A stretch of 62,558 bases of DNA, filler included. It is 4 parts of 4 records of this genome, joined end to end, with 100 filler letters (N's around TTAATTAATTAA, not from the genome) between each part and the next. Parts side by side here need not be neighbours in the genome. Positions count along the whole stretch, not along the records: positions 1 to 27,836 come from SRR20825010_1336; 3 more parts are not named here. One strand, given 5' to 3'. The notes beneath the pieces are model-generated. The model had not been told where the DNA came from and ran no database searches. It saw only the letters and a program-made list of their open reading frames with translations. Shown piece by piece: positions 1-9,255 of this stretch; within the stretch, counting starts at the first letter, position 1, and each line of letters starts with the position of its first letter. Made by a program: the position numbers and the translations under genes.

Positions 1-729
1 ATTGAATTCCTGCTGTGGGGCCAGGACCTGAACGGCACTGACACCGGTGCCGGCCAGCGTCCGGCAACGGATTTCGCCACCGGCGCGGATGCAACGGGCG
101 GTCACAACGAGCGTCGCCGCGAATACCTGTCGGTGGTCACCGATCTGTTGATCGACGATCTGGAAGTGATGGTGGATGAATGGCGACCGGGTGAAGAAAA
201 CTACCGGGCCGAGCTGGAAGCGGACAGCGTGGAAAACGGCCTGCGCAAGATGCTGTTCGGTATGGGCAGCCTGTCTTTGGGCGAGCTGGCCGGCGAGCGT
301 ATGAAGGTTGCGCTGGCGGCGCATTCCCCGGAAGACGAGCACGACTGCTTCAGCGATAACACCCATGCGTCGCACTTCTATAATGGCAAGGGCATTCGCA
401 ATGTGTACCTGGGCGAGTATCAGCGCAGCAACGGGGAAACCCTGACTGGCCCCTCGCTGAGCGACCTGGTGGCGGCGAACCAGCCAGCGGCGGACCGCCA
501 GCTGAAAACCGACCTGAACGCCAGCGAAGCGGCGCTGCAGGTGCTGGTAGACAGCGCCAATCAGGGCACTCATTTCGACCAGTTGATTGCCCCGGGTAAT
601 ACGCAGGGTGCCGACACGGTGAATGCCGCCATTGACGCCCTGGTCGTGCAAACCACCAGCATTGAAAAAGCGGCGCGGGTGCTGAACATTCAGGCCCTGA
701 ACCCGGATACGGCGAACCACAGCTTCTGA
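1..729 (+). CDS. Imelysin-family iron-regulated protein (IrpA/IcmP-like), 5'-truncated
   Basis: Frame is open from base 1 and reads IEFLLWGQDLNG, the tail of the imelysin GxHxxEFLLWGQD motif; later SLGELAGERM and PEDEHDCFSDNT are typical of IrpA/IcmP. Confidence 0.9.
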   Translation: MEFLLWGQDLNGTDTGAGQRPATDFATGADATGGHNERRREYLSVVTDLLIDDLEVMVDEWRPGEENYRAELEADSVENGLRKMLFGMGSLSLGELAGERMKVALAAHSPEDEHDCFSDNTHASHFYNGKGIRNVYLGEYQRSNGETLTGPSLSDLVAANQPAADRQLKTDLNASEAALQVLVDSANQGTHFDQLIAPGNTQGADTVNAAIDALVVQTTSIEKAARVLNIQALNPDTANHSF

Positions 730-842
730 CGTTAGAACCTGAAAGGCGCGCATGCACGCAAGGGGGCAGAAGCCTCTCTGGGGTGCAGGCGCGCTTGTAG
801 CCAGCTGCTCGCCAGCCATCAAGAAAGAAGGAAGCCCTGCTC

Positions 843-2237
843 TTGCGATATCTCCCGCTGACTCTTGCCGCCCTGCTGGCGGCCTGTGATGCCGGCCCCA
901 CGTTCACCGAAGCCGAGCCCGGCGAGCAGCTGTCTGCGGGCGAGGCCACGGTCACCAAGACGGACCAGAATGCGTTCTCGTTGCCGCTAGCCAATCTGTC
1001 GCCGTCCCGGCGGCTGGACTTCAGTGTGGGCAACAGCTTTTTTCGTAACCCCTGGGTGATTGCGCCAGCATCCACCGATGCCCGTGACGGGCTGGGGCCG
1101 TTGTTCAATACCAATGCCTGCCAGAACTGTCATATCAAGGATGGCCGCGGGCACCCGCCCGGGCCTGACGCCAAGCAGGCGGTTTCCATGCTGGTGCGGT
1201 TGTCCGTGCCGGCGGCGGCCGAGGATGACCTGACCCAGGGCGGATTGATGCCTGAGCCGATCTACGGCGGGCAGTTTCAGGACGCAGCCATTCCGGGTAT
1301 TGAACCGGAAGGGCGGGTACGGGTGGATTACCGCCCCCGCACAATCACCTTTGCGGATGGCCATCAGGTGGAGTTGCGCGAGCCTCGCCTGAGTTTCAGT
1401 AATCTGGCCTATGGGGAGATGCACCCGGCGACCCTGTTTTCCGCCCGCATTGCCCCGCCAGTGATCGGGCTGGGCCTGCTCGAAGCCATCCCTGAAGCGG
1501 ACCTGCTGGCCCACGCCGACCCGGACGATGAGGACGGTGATGGAATCAGCGGCCGGGCCAACCGGGTCTGGGATCGCAGCAACAACACCACGGCCATGGG
1601 GCGGTTCGGCTGGAAAGCGGGCCAGCCCAGTCTGCGCCAGCAGAATGCGGAAGCCTTCGCCAACGACATGGGGCTGACCAGCCATCTGGTGCCCACGGAT
1701 TCCTGCTCCGCCGCGCAGCCAGACTGCCTTGCCATGCCCAATGGCGGCGAGGTGGAAGTGAGCGACTCGATTCTCGATAACGTCACTTTCTATACCCGTA
1801 ATCTGGCGGTTCCCGCTCGCCGGAATGTGAATGATGCGCAGGTGCTGGCGGGCAAAAGTCTGTTCTTCCAGGCCAATTGCCAGGGCTGTCATGTGCCCGT
1901 GTTCACCACCGGTGCCGACGCCGCCGAACCGGAATTGGCCAACCAGATCATACGGCCTTACACCGACATGTTGCTGCATGACATGGGACCGGGGCTGGCG
2001 GATGGTCGCCCGGAGTTTCTGGCCAATGGTCAGGAATGGCGTACGCCGCCGCTCTGGGGTATCGGCCTCACCGAGGCGGTGAATGGCCACACCCAGTTCC
2101 TGCATGATGGTCGTGCCCGCAACCTGATGGAGGCCATTCTCTGGCATGGTGGCGAAGCGGCCGGGTCACGGGACGCGGTACTGGCGTTTGACGCCGAGCA
2201 ACGTGCTGCGCTGTTGGCGTTTCTGAACTCTTTGTGA
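843..2237 (+). CDS. Di-haem oxidoreductase (DHOR / thiol oxidoreductase-like) lipoprotein
   Basis: Two CXXCH motifs (CQNCH, CQGCH), DGLGPLFN, GRFGWKA, WRTPPLWG, LHDGRAR; lipobox LAAC; TTG start. Confidence 0.9.
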   Translation: MRYLPLTLAALLAACDAGPTFTEAEPGEQLSAGEATVTKTDQNAFSLPLANLSPSRRLDFSVGNSFFRNPWVIAPASTDARDGLGPLFNTNACQNCHIKDGRGHPPGPDAKQAVSMLVRLSVPAAAEDDLTQGGLMPEPIYGGQFQDAAIPGIEPEGRVRVDYRPRTITFADGHQVELREPRLSFSNLAYGEMHPATLFSARIAPPVIGLGLLEAIPEADLLAHADPDDEDGDGISGRANRVWDRSNNTTAMGRFGWKAGQPSLRQQNAEAFANDMGLTSHLVPTDSCSAAQPDCLAMPNGGEVEVSDSILDNVTFYTRNLAVPARRNVNDAQVLAGKSLFFQANCQGCHVPVFTTGADAAEPELANQIIRPYTDMLLHDMGPGLADGRPEFLANGQEWRTPPLWGIGLTEAVNGHTQFLHDGRARNLMEAILWHGGEAAGSRDAVLAFDAEQRAALLAFLNSL

Positions 2238-2274
2238 TTTTTTTCTGTAACGGTTTTAAGGTTGAGGATGGATC

Positions 2275-3309
2275 ATGCGTGCTCTGAGTGTACTGGTGTC
2301 GGTGTCATTGTCTGTGTTGCTGGTGGCGTGCAGTAACCCGCGCCAGGAAGTCACCGTTCAGCTGGCCAACGATGTGCTGCTGCCGGCCCATCAGCAGTGG
2401 CGCGACAGCAATGCTGCCCTGGTGGACGCCGTGGAGACGTACTGCGCGGCTCCACAGGCATCCGTGGATGATCTGGAAACCGCGTTTTATCAGGCCCAGT
2501 CCCGGTGGTCGCATCTGCAACCGTTAATGGTCGGCCCGTTATCCGAAGGCAACCGCAGCTGGCAGGTTCAGTTCTGGCCGGACAAGCGCAACATGGTGGT
2601 TCGCCAGACGGAATCGTTGCTGGACGAGACGGATTCGTTGACCCGTGAGCAGCTGGAGAAGGCCAGCGTGGTGGTGCAGGGGCTGACGGCATTTGAGTAT
2701 GTGCTGTTTGATCAATCGGTCGCCTTGGCGCAGAGCCATGACCGCTACTGCCCGCTGCTCACCGGCATTGCCCGCCACCAGCTGGCGCTGTCCGAGTCGG
2801 TGCTGGCGCTGTGGAATGAGTCGGGCGGCATGCTGGCGCAGTTGCGCGATTTCCCTAATGAGCGTTACGCCACGGCGGAGGAAGGCCTGGCGGCGATTCT
2901 GCGTACGCAGATCACCGGCGTGGATGTGCTGAAGAAAAAGCTGGGCACCCCCATGGGGCGCCTGAATCAGGGCGTGGTGCAGCCTTACCAGGCGGAAGCG
3001 TGGCGTAGCCGGCAGTCCATTGAAAACCTGCAGGCGTCGCTGCAAGGCGCGCAGGCGGTGTGGGAGCGGGTGCGTTCGCTGGTGAGTGATGCGGCCCTGG
3101 TGAAAGACATCGACCAGGCCTATGCGGATGTGGCCAACCAGCTTGCGGCCTTGCCTGCGCCGTTGATGGAGCTGGTGCAGGCGCCGGCAAACAGCGAGAC
3201 GCTGACGACGCTCTATGCCGCGCTGGATAATCTGGAAAACCGTCAACAGACGGAGTTGGCCCGCAATCTGAATATCCAGATAGGTTTTAACGCCAACGAC
3301 GGTGATTAG
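2275..3309 (+). CDS. Second imelysin-like periplasmic lipoprotein
   Basis: Lipobox LVAC; QFWPDKRN, QGLTAFEYVLF and C-terminal GFNANDGD are typical of this family. Confidence 0.85.
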   Translation: MRALSVLVSVSLSVLLVACSNPRQEVTVQLANDVLLPAHQQWRDSNAALVDAVETYCAAPQASVDDLETAFYQAQSRWSHLQPLMVGPLSEGNRSWQVQFWPDKRNMVVRQTESLLDETDSLTREQLEKASVVVQGLTAFEYVLFDQSVALAQSHDRYCPLLTGIARHQLALSESVLALWNESGGMLAQLRDFPNERYATAEEGLAAILRTQITGVDVLKKKLGTPMGRLNQGVVQPYQAEAWRSRQSIENLQASLQGAQAVWERVRSLVSDAALVKDIDQAYADVANQLAALPAPLMELVQAPANSETLTTLYAALDNLENRQQTELARNLNIQIGFNANDGD

Positions 3310-3378
3310 AGTCAGTTGCGAGTTAAAAGTTAAAAAGCCAGGCACGGCGTTGGCAGTGCGGGCTTGCAGGAGAGCGTT

Positions 3379-4503
3379 ATGTCACTGACACGGCGGAAGC
3401 TGCTGGGCGCGGGCGCGGGCGCGGGTGCGGCGATGGCCGGTGTGGCCGTGCTGGGTGGCTGGTCACTGTGGACCGGCACGGCGGGTGAATCGCCTCTGCT
3501 GCTTTCCGCGCGCAACGATGACGACGGTCAGCACTATGCCGTGGGTTACTACTTGAACGGCAAACGGGCGTTTGCCACACCGGTTCCCGAGCGCTGCCAC
3601 GCGGTGGCTCGCCATCCGTTTTTGCCGGTAGCGTTGTATGTGGGGCGCCGCCCGGCCCGGGAAAGTTACTTGATTGACCTGCGCGATGGGCGACTGCTGC
3701 AAACCCTGCAAAGTCAGCCGGATCGGCATTTCTATGGCCATGCCGTATTCCATGCCCGCGGCGAGTGGCTATACACCACCGAGAACGATACCCGCGAACC
3801 GGGCCGGGGAGTGCTGGGGCGTTACCGCCTTGACCAGGCTGCCTTGCGGTTGATCCATGACGGCGAGGCGACTACCCACGGTGTCGGCCCCCACGAGCTG
3901 GCCTGGATGCCGGACGGCGAATCACTGGTCATCGGCAATGGTGGCATTCGCACGGAAGGGGGCAGCCGTGAGGAAATGAATCTGGACGCCATGGCGCCCA
4001 GCCTGGTGATCATGAGCCGCCATGGCGAGTTGATCAGCAAGGAAACCCTGGCCGATGCACAAAGCAGCATCCGCCATTTGGATGTGGCTGCCGATGGCAC
4101 CGTGATCACTGGGCAGCAGTACCATGGCCCGGCCTACAACAGTGTGCCGTTACTGGCGATCAAGCGGCCCGGGGAAGCCTATCAACCGTTCCCGGTCAGC
4201 CGTGCGCAACTGGCGATGATGGATCAGTACACGGCCAGCATTGCCATTCACAGTGAGCAGCGACAAGTGGCCATGACCGCGCCACGGGGAAACCGTTTCT
4301 TTATCTGGGATCTGGATAGCGGTGACACACTGCTGGATGCGCCCATGTCCGACTGTGCCGGGGTTGGCGCGGTGCCGGGCGGTTTTGCGGTGACCTCGGG
4401 GCAGGGCAAATGCCGCTATTACGATAGCCGCACTGCGGATGTGCAGAGCCAGTGGCTGGAGCTGCCGGGTGGCTGGTGGGATAACCACCTGTGGCTGAGC
4501 TAA
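3379..4503 (+). CDS. DUF1513 family Tat-exported beta-propeller-like protein
   Basis: Twin-arginine signal MSLTRRKLL; RHFYGH, LYTTEND, GVGPHE, NGGIRT and terminal WDNHL motifs. Confidence 0.85.
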   Translation: MSLTRRKLLGAGAGAGAAMAGVAVLGGWSLWTGTAGESPLLLSARNDDDGQHYAVGYYLNGKRAFATPVPERCHAVARHPFLPVALYVGRRPARESYLIDLRDGRLLQTLQSQPDRHFYGHAVFHARGEWLYTTENDTREPGRGVLGRYRLDQAALRLIHDGEATTHGVGPHELAWMPDGESLVIGNGGIRTEGGSREEMNLDAMAPSLVIMSRHGELISKETLADAQSSIRHLDVAADGTVITGQQYHGPAYNSVPLLAIKRPGEAYQPFPVSRAQLAMMDQYTASIAIHSEQRQVAMTAPRGNRFFIWDLDSGDTLLDAPMSDCAGVGAVPGGFAVTSGQGKCRYYDSRTADVQSQWLELPGGWWDNHLWLS

Positions 4504-4574
4504 GGCGTGCATTCTCCCGCTTAACCAGCGGTGGGACCACCGTCCTCACAGGTCAGGGGGGCGTCGGCTTTTCG

Positions 4575-4600
4575 GTAGGAGTGCCTCTTGAGGCGCGAAC
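4575..4600 (+). repeat. GTAG-type REP-like palindrome (copy 1)
   Basis: GTAGGA-GTGCCTC-TT-GAGGCGC-GAAC; related copies at 13565 and 27818. Confidence 0.65.
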
Positions 4601-4623
4601 CTCGGAGTGGGAAACCGGCAATG

Positions 4624-4653
4624 CGTTTAAGCCCGGAAAGCCGGGCTTAAACG
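4624..4653. terminator. Perfect 13-bp hairpin between convergent genes (bidirectional terminator candidate)
   Basis: CGTTTAAGCCCGG-AAAG-CCGGGCTTAAACG; no long U-tract. Confidence 0.55.
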
Positions 4654-4680
4654 TGACAACTTTTGGCGATATGCAGTGCG

Positions 4681-5073
4681 TCAGTCGTGCCAGTTAGACA
4701 CCTTGCCGGTGCAGACCCAATCCTTGGAGCCTTTTACCACACCAATGGAGTTGTAGCTGTAGCGGCCATTGGCATTGTGGGTGGACCAGCTTTTGGTATT
4801 GCCCGCACCGATGCCGGAGGCGCCGCAATCCTCGGAACCGTTCTTGCGCTCGTTGCAGAAGCGGGCATAGATGCGGTGACTGCAGGTGTTGCGGTAGGTA
4901 ATGATGAAGTTGTCCTTGCTGTACTCACTCCATTTGGTTTTGTGCACCACCATGCAGGGGCCGCCGCTACTGTTGCGGGCATCCCAGCAGGTGTCGTCGT
5001 CGACGCTGGAATAATAATCAGCGGCAGCAAACTGTGAGGCGAAGAGTGCGGCAATGCCAATGGTCCATTTCAT
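4681..5073 (-). CDS. Small secreted cysteine-rich hypothetical protein
   Basis: Signal peptide MKWTIGIAALFASQFAAA, six Cys, purine-rich RBS (AAGGGGAAAA) upstream. Confidence 0.75.
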   Translation of the reverse strand: MKWTIGIAALFASQFAAADYYSSVDDDTCWDARNSSGGPCMVVHKTKWSEYSKDNFIITYRNTCSHRIYARFCNERKNGSEDCGASGIGAGNTKSWSTHNANGRYSYNSIGVVKGSKDWVCTGKVSNWHD

Positions 5074-5258
5074 GATTTTTCCCCTTCCTTCGTTATCGAT
5101 ATCAACGACTCGATCAACGAGCCAGACACAATAATTTTAGAAAGATGGGGAAAATCCGCCTCCCCCATATGGGGTATATCGGTATGGAACCTGTTGTAAA
5201 AGTGTCAGCTTCAATCCGGTCAGAGCGCTGAGCACGTGAGACGTTTTTCAGAGGCTCT

Positions 5259-5675
5259 CTAGCCGCTGTGGTCGGTCAGGCATTGTCCGTGGTCGCTCAA
5301 CACTTCAATTACCCGGCATTCGCCCGGTTGTCCTTGCTCGCATTCACTAATCATCCGGTCCAGTTCATTGCGAAGGGCGGTCAGTGCGCTGATGCGGTTT
5401 TGTACGGCGTCCCGATGACGGCGGGCGATATCATCAGCACAGCCATGCTGTTCGCTCATGGTTAACAGTTCACGAATGTCTTCCAGCGTGAAACCCAGCT
5501 CCCGGCTGTGGCGAATAAACTGCAGCCGTTCCTGATGGTTGCGGTGATAGCGCCGTTGGCCACCTTCACTGCGGGCCGGTTCGGGCATCAGGCCAATTTT
5601 TTCGTAGTAACGGATGGTCTCCACCTTGCAGCCGGTGGCGTCGCTGAGGGTGCCGATGGAAAAGAGGGTAGACAT
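5259..5675 (-). CDS. MerR-family metal-responsive regulator (CadR/PbrR/ZntR-like)
   Basis: HTH SIGTLSDATGCKVETIRYYEKIGL; Cys79, Cys112, Cys120; His/Cys tail. Confidence 0.92.
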   Translation of the reverse strand: MSTLFSIGTLSDATGCKVETIRYYEKIGLMPEPARSEGGQRRYHRNHQERLQFIRHSRELGFTLEDIRELLTMSEQHGCADDIARRHRDAVQNRISALTALRNELDRMISECEQGQPGECRVIEVLSDHGQCLTDHSG

Positions 5676-5705
5676 GATTACCTCATCACAAAGGGAAAAT
5701 CGGAC

Positions 5706-5736
5706 TTGAACCTGTAGTCACTATAGCTTTTTAAAT
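5706..5736 (+). promoter_or_regulatory. MerR-type promoter/operator with 19-bp spacer
   Basis: TTGAAC-[CTGTAGTCACTATAGCTTT]-TTAAAT; dyad CTGTAGT-C-ACTATAG lies in a 19-bp spacer, as in PbrR/CadR-type promoters. Confidence 0.85.
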
Positions 5737-5771
5737 GGGGCCAAGGTGAAACGGAGTCAAGGAGCACGGCG

Positions 5772-6113
5772 ATGCAGGAGAGACAGCGACGGGCGTTTGG
5801 TGCCGCCATGGCGGCGGCACGGCGGGCTTACGCCAGGCAGAACTGGAGCGGAGCGTTCGCGCAACTGGAGCGGGCGCATATTCTGGGTCAGCGGCGGGTT
5901 GGCGCCCATACCCTGACTCACTGGTGGATGCTGAAAGTGGGATGGCAACGCCGTGAGGTGCGGGAAATCCGTGGGCAGGTGCTGCGACTGTTGGCGGCGC
6001 TGGTGATGTCGCGGGTGTGGGTGCCCACCGGCAATACCGGTGGGGCCAATGTGAACCCGCTGCAGCCCATGCCGATTCCCGATGCGCTGCGCGACGTGAT
6101 GGATGGGCGCTGA
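5772..6113 (+). CDS. DUF3703 family protein
   Basis: LERAHILGQ, HxxxHWWML, PTGNTGGANV motifs; RBS AAGGAG. Confidence 0.85.
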   Translation: MQERQRRAFGAAMAAARRAYARQNWSGAFAQLERAHILGQRRVGAHTLTHWWMLKVGWQRREVREIRGQVLRLLAALVMSRVWVPTGNTGGANVNPLQPMPIPDALRDVMDGR

Positions 6114-6182
6114 TGCTGAGCGCTCCCCACATTATCCCCGGACCCGGCGCCGCGTTGGACACAAAGAGACAGGAGAGAAAAC

Positions 6183-6803
6183 ATGGGTTGCTGTGATCAC
6201 GAGATAGTGGAAAACCCGGCACCGGCTTACCAGCGGGTGTTATGGGTCGTATTGGCCATCAATGCCGTGATGTTTATGGTGGAAGCGACCTCCGGGGTGC
6301 TGGCGGATTCACGGGCATTGCAGGCCGATGCGCTGGATTTCCTGGGCGATACCGCCACCTATGGGTTAACACTGTGGGCACTGGGACAGTCGATGGCCTG
6401 GCGGGTACGTGCCGCGCGCATTAAAGGTGTGTCGTTATTGGTAATGGGCGTGCTGGTACTGGCGAACAGCGTTTGGGCGCTGTTACAGGGCAGTGCGCCA
6501 CAGGCTGAGCTGATGATGGGGGTGGCCAGTGTGGCGCTGGCCGCTAATGTGGTGAGTGCGCTGTTATTGCTGCGCCATCGTCAGGGCGACGCCAATATCC
6601 GCTCCGCCTGGTTGTGTTCGCGCAATGATGCGCTGGCCAACCTGGCGGTGCTGATGTCTGGCAGCCTGGTGTTCTGGCTGGATAGCCGTTGGCCGGACCT
6701 GCTGGTGGCCGTGGCCATTGCCGGGCTGTTTACGCATAGCGCCATTTCGATTCTGCGCCAGGCCAGCAGCGAATCAGCGATGGGTGACCGGTGCGACGAT
6801 TGA
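6183..6803 (+). CDS. Cation diffusion facilitator (short CzcD-like, no C-terminal domain)
   Basis: ALQADALDFLGD, DANIRSAWLCSRND, WPDL; N-terminal MGCCDHE; about 6 TM segments. Confidence 0.88.
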   Translation: MGCCDHEIVENPAPAYQRVLWVVLAINAVMFMVEATSGVLADSRALQADALDFLGDTATYGLTLWALGQSMAWRVRAARIKGVSLLVMGVLVLANSVWALLQGSAPQAELMMGVASVALAANVVSALLLLRHRQGDANIRSAWLCSRNDALANLAVLMSGSLVFWLDSRWPDLLVAVAIAGLFTHSAISILRQASSESAMGDRCDD

Positions 6804-6912
6804 GAAAAGCGATGGGGCTTGGCGGTGAGTGAGCAGGGCGGTACGCTGCATGGCCGTATTGGCGGCGCCGCTGCCAATACGGCTTTTTCCTCTGCCATCA
6901 CGATTGAGACCT

Positions 6913-7128
6913 ATGGATTTCAAACAGGAAGACCTGACTGCTCTGGTCGAACGCACCATGCCGTTTGGTAAATATGCCGGGCGAGTGCTGATTGATCTCC
7001 CTGAGCCTTATCTGCTGTGGTTCACCAAAAAAGGCTTTCCGAAGGGTGAGTTGGGGCGGCTGATGGCGCTGGCCTTGATGCTGAAAATGGACGGCACGGA
7101 AAACCTGCTGGAGCCGTTGCGTAAATAG
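6913..7128 (+). CDS. DUF3820 (YpeB-like) small protein
   Basis: MPFGKYAGRVLIDLPEPYLLWF...GFPKGELG motif. Confidence 0.85.
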   Translation: MDFKQEDLTALVERTMPFGKYAGRVLIDLPEPYLLWFTKKGFPKGELGRLMALALMLKMDGTENLLEPLRK

Positions 7129-7187
7129 GCTGTATCCGCTGAATCAAGCAGGTATCCTGAGAGTATTGCCATATTCAGGAGCCAGCT

Positions 7188-7868
7188 GTGCCGTTACTCG
7201 ATGTTGTTGCCAATAATGTGTGGGCGTATTCGGTTCCCCATAGTTTTATGGGGCTACACGTGGGCGCCCGCATGACGGTGGTCAAATTGTCTGCTGGCGG
7301 CTTGCTGCTGCATTCCCCGGTGCCGGTGGATGAGTCTCTGGCCCAGGAGCTGGCGGCGTTGGGCGAGGTCACCCACATTGTTTGTCCCAACCTGTTTCAC
7401 CATGTTTTTGCCGCAGAAGTGAAGCAGCGCTATCCGCAGGCGGTGCTGCACGGGCCGGCGAAACTGGCTAGCAAGCGCAAGGACCTGTCGCTGGATGCGG
7501 TACTGTCGGAAACTCCCCATCCGGATTGGGGCGATGACTTTGAGCTGGTCTTTATTGAAGGCTCCATGTTGCACGAGACGGTGTTCTACCATCAGCCGAG
7601 TAAAACCCTGATTGCGGCGGACCTGATTGAAAACTTCCATCAATGTGAGCACGGTTTTACCCGCTGGTATTTGAAGCTGGGCGGTTTGTGGAAGGTCCCG
7701 GGCTGGCATCCAGTGCTGCGTCTGGTGTATCTGAACCGTCGCAAGGCTCGGGCCAGCGTCACCCGCATTCTGGAGTGGCCCTTCGAAAAACTCAGCCTGG
7801 CCCACGGTGAGGTGATCACTGAAAACGCCCGTAACCAGGTTCGCCATGGGATGGAATGGTTGTTCTAG
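7188..7868 (+). CDS. DUF4336 family protein (metallo-beta-lactamase-like fold)
   Basis: RMTVVKL, HSPV, PNLFHHVF, ETVFYH, LIAADLI, AHG motifs; GTG start after AGGAG. Confidence 0.8.
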   Translation: MPLLDVVANNVWAYSVPHSFMGLHVGARMTVVKLSAGGLLLHSPVPVDESLAQELAALGEVTHIVCPNLFHHVFAAEVKQRYPQAVLHGPAKLASKRKDLSLDAVLSETPHPDWGDDFELVFIEGSMLHETVFYHQPSKTLIAADLIENFHQCEHGFTRWYLKLGGLWKVPGWHPVLRLVYLNRRKARASVTRILEWPFEKLSLAHGEVITENARNQVRHGMEWLF

Positions 7869-7913
7869 CTACAAGCTTGGATGGGGGTGCGGGAAAAGCT
7901 CCCCCGGTTTTTC

Positions 7914-7941
7914 TTTTCAACTTTTCACTTTGAACGTTCAA
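7914..7941. repeat. Heptad-periodic intergenic repeat (family A)
   Basis: TTTTCAA CTTTTCA CTTTGAA CGTTCAA; the first 17 nt are the exact reverse complement of 19128-19144. Confidence 0.6.
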
Positions 7942-8088
7942 CTGATCTTTCGCGGGCAGAGTGGTCAACGTGTGGCCGCGCCTCCCAACCCGCGTTGCCG
8001 CATGTAGCTTGTTCCCCTCCCCTCCACATTTCTTGCAACTTTTCCCGCTATATTCCCCAACCATCATTACTGGTTTGTGGAATCGCCC

Positions 8089-9255
8089 ATGTCCCGCTGG
8101 ATTCGCCGTTATCCGAAAATGGCTCTTTCGTTTGTCATTCTGATCGTGTGCCTGCTGCTTGCGGGCTGGCGCTGGGGGTTCGCGTCGGCGCCAGCGATTC
8201 AGTGGAAAACGGCCACGGTGGAGCGTGGCGATGTGGAGGAACTGGTCACTGCGCTGGGTACGCTGGAGCCGGGGGATTATGTTGACGTGGGCGCTCAGGT
8301 CTCCGGCCAGCTGACGCAGCTGCACGTGGATGTGGGTGACAGCGTTGAGCAGGGCCAGTTGCTGGCGGAAATTGATGCGTCGGTACAGCAGACACAAGTG
8401 GATGCGGGCCTGGCAGAGCTGGAAGCACTGCGTGCGCAACAGGAACAACGGCAGGCGGAGCTGGAGCTGGCGGAGTTGCAGTATCAGCGTCAGCAGCGGT
8501 TGCGTGATGCCAACGCCACCAGTGACGATGCTTTCCAGAGTGCCCGTTCCACGCTGGCCATTACCCGTGCCCAGATCAAGGTACTCAAGGCCCAGATTCG
8601 CCAGAAGCAGGCCAGTGTAGAAGGGGATCAGGCTAGCCTGGGCTACGCAAAAATCTATGCGCCGCGCAGCGGTACCGTGGTGAGCCTGGACGCCCGTGAA
8701 GGGCAGACCCTGAACGCCAACCAGACCACCCCCACGCTGATGCGTATCGCTGACCTGACCACCATGACCATTTCCACTCAGGTGTCCGAGGCCGATGTGG
8801 ATAGTCTCTCTGCGGGGATGCCGGTGTACTTCAATACCCTGGGCAATGGTGATGTGCGTTATGACAGTACCCTGCGCCAGGTGCTGCCCACCCCGGAAGT
8901 GGTCAACAATGTGGTGCTGTACACCGCTGAATTCGACATCGACAACCCGCAAGGCCAGCTGATGTCTGGCATGACTGCCCAGGTGTTTTTCGTGGTGCAC
9001 TCGGCCAAGGATGTTCTGCATGTCCCGGTGGCCGCAGTGAAGCGTGCCGGGCGCGGCCAATGGCAGGTGCAGGTGTTAAACGGTGAGGGTCACTCACTCA
9101 GCCAGCCGGTGAAAGTGGGCATCAGCAATCGGGTGCGCAGGGTGATCCGTGATGGTTTGCAGGAAGGTGACACCGTTGTGCTGGGGCAGGCACAGGCCAG
9201 CCCGCTGCGAGGTGAGATCGAAAAAGGTGGGCGACGTCGCGGTGGGCTGTTCTGA
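8089..9255 (+). CDS. macA: Efflux periplasmic adaptor subunit (MacA/PvdR-like)
   Basis: [35 protein letters not shown]; start 8089 or 8077. Confidence 0.9.
   Translation: MSRWIRRYPKMALSFVILIVCLLLAGWRWGFASAPAIQWKTATVERGDVEELVTALGTLEPGDYVDVGAQVSGQLTQLHVDVGDSVEQGQLLAEIDASVQQTQVDAGLAELEALRAQQEQRQAELELAELQYQRQQRLRDANATSDDAFQSARSTLAITRAQIKVLKAQIRQKQASVEGDQASLGYAKIYAPRSGTVVSLDAREGQTLNANQTTPTLMRIADLTTMTISTQVSEADVDSLSAGMPVYFNTLGNGDVRYDSTLRQVLPTPEVVNNVVLYTAEFDIDNPQGQLMSGMTAQVFFVVHSAKDVLHVPVAAVKRAGRGQWQVQVLNGEGHSLSQPVKVGISNRVRRVIRDGLQEGDTVVLGQAQASPLRGEIEKGGRRRGGLF

Noticed and set aside
7816-9060. Long antisense ORFs over real genes (e.g. 7816-9060, 987-2147, 25988-27250, 47882-49147)
   Set aside because: Typical high-GC shadow frames opposite well-supported CDSs, with no motifs.
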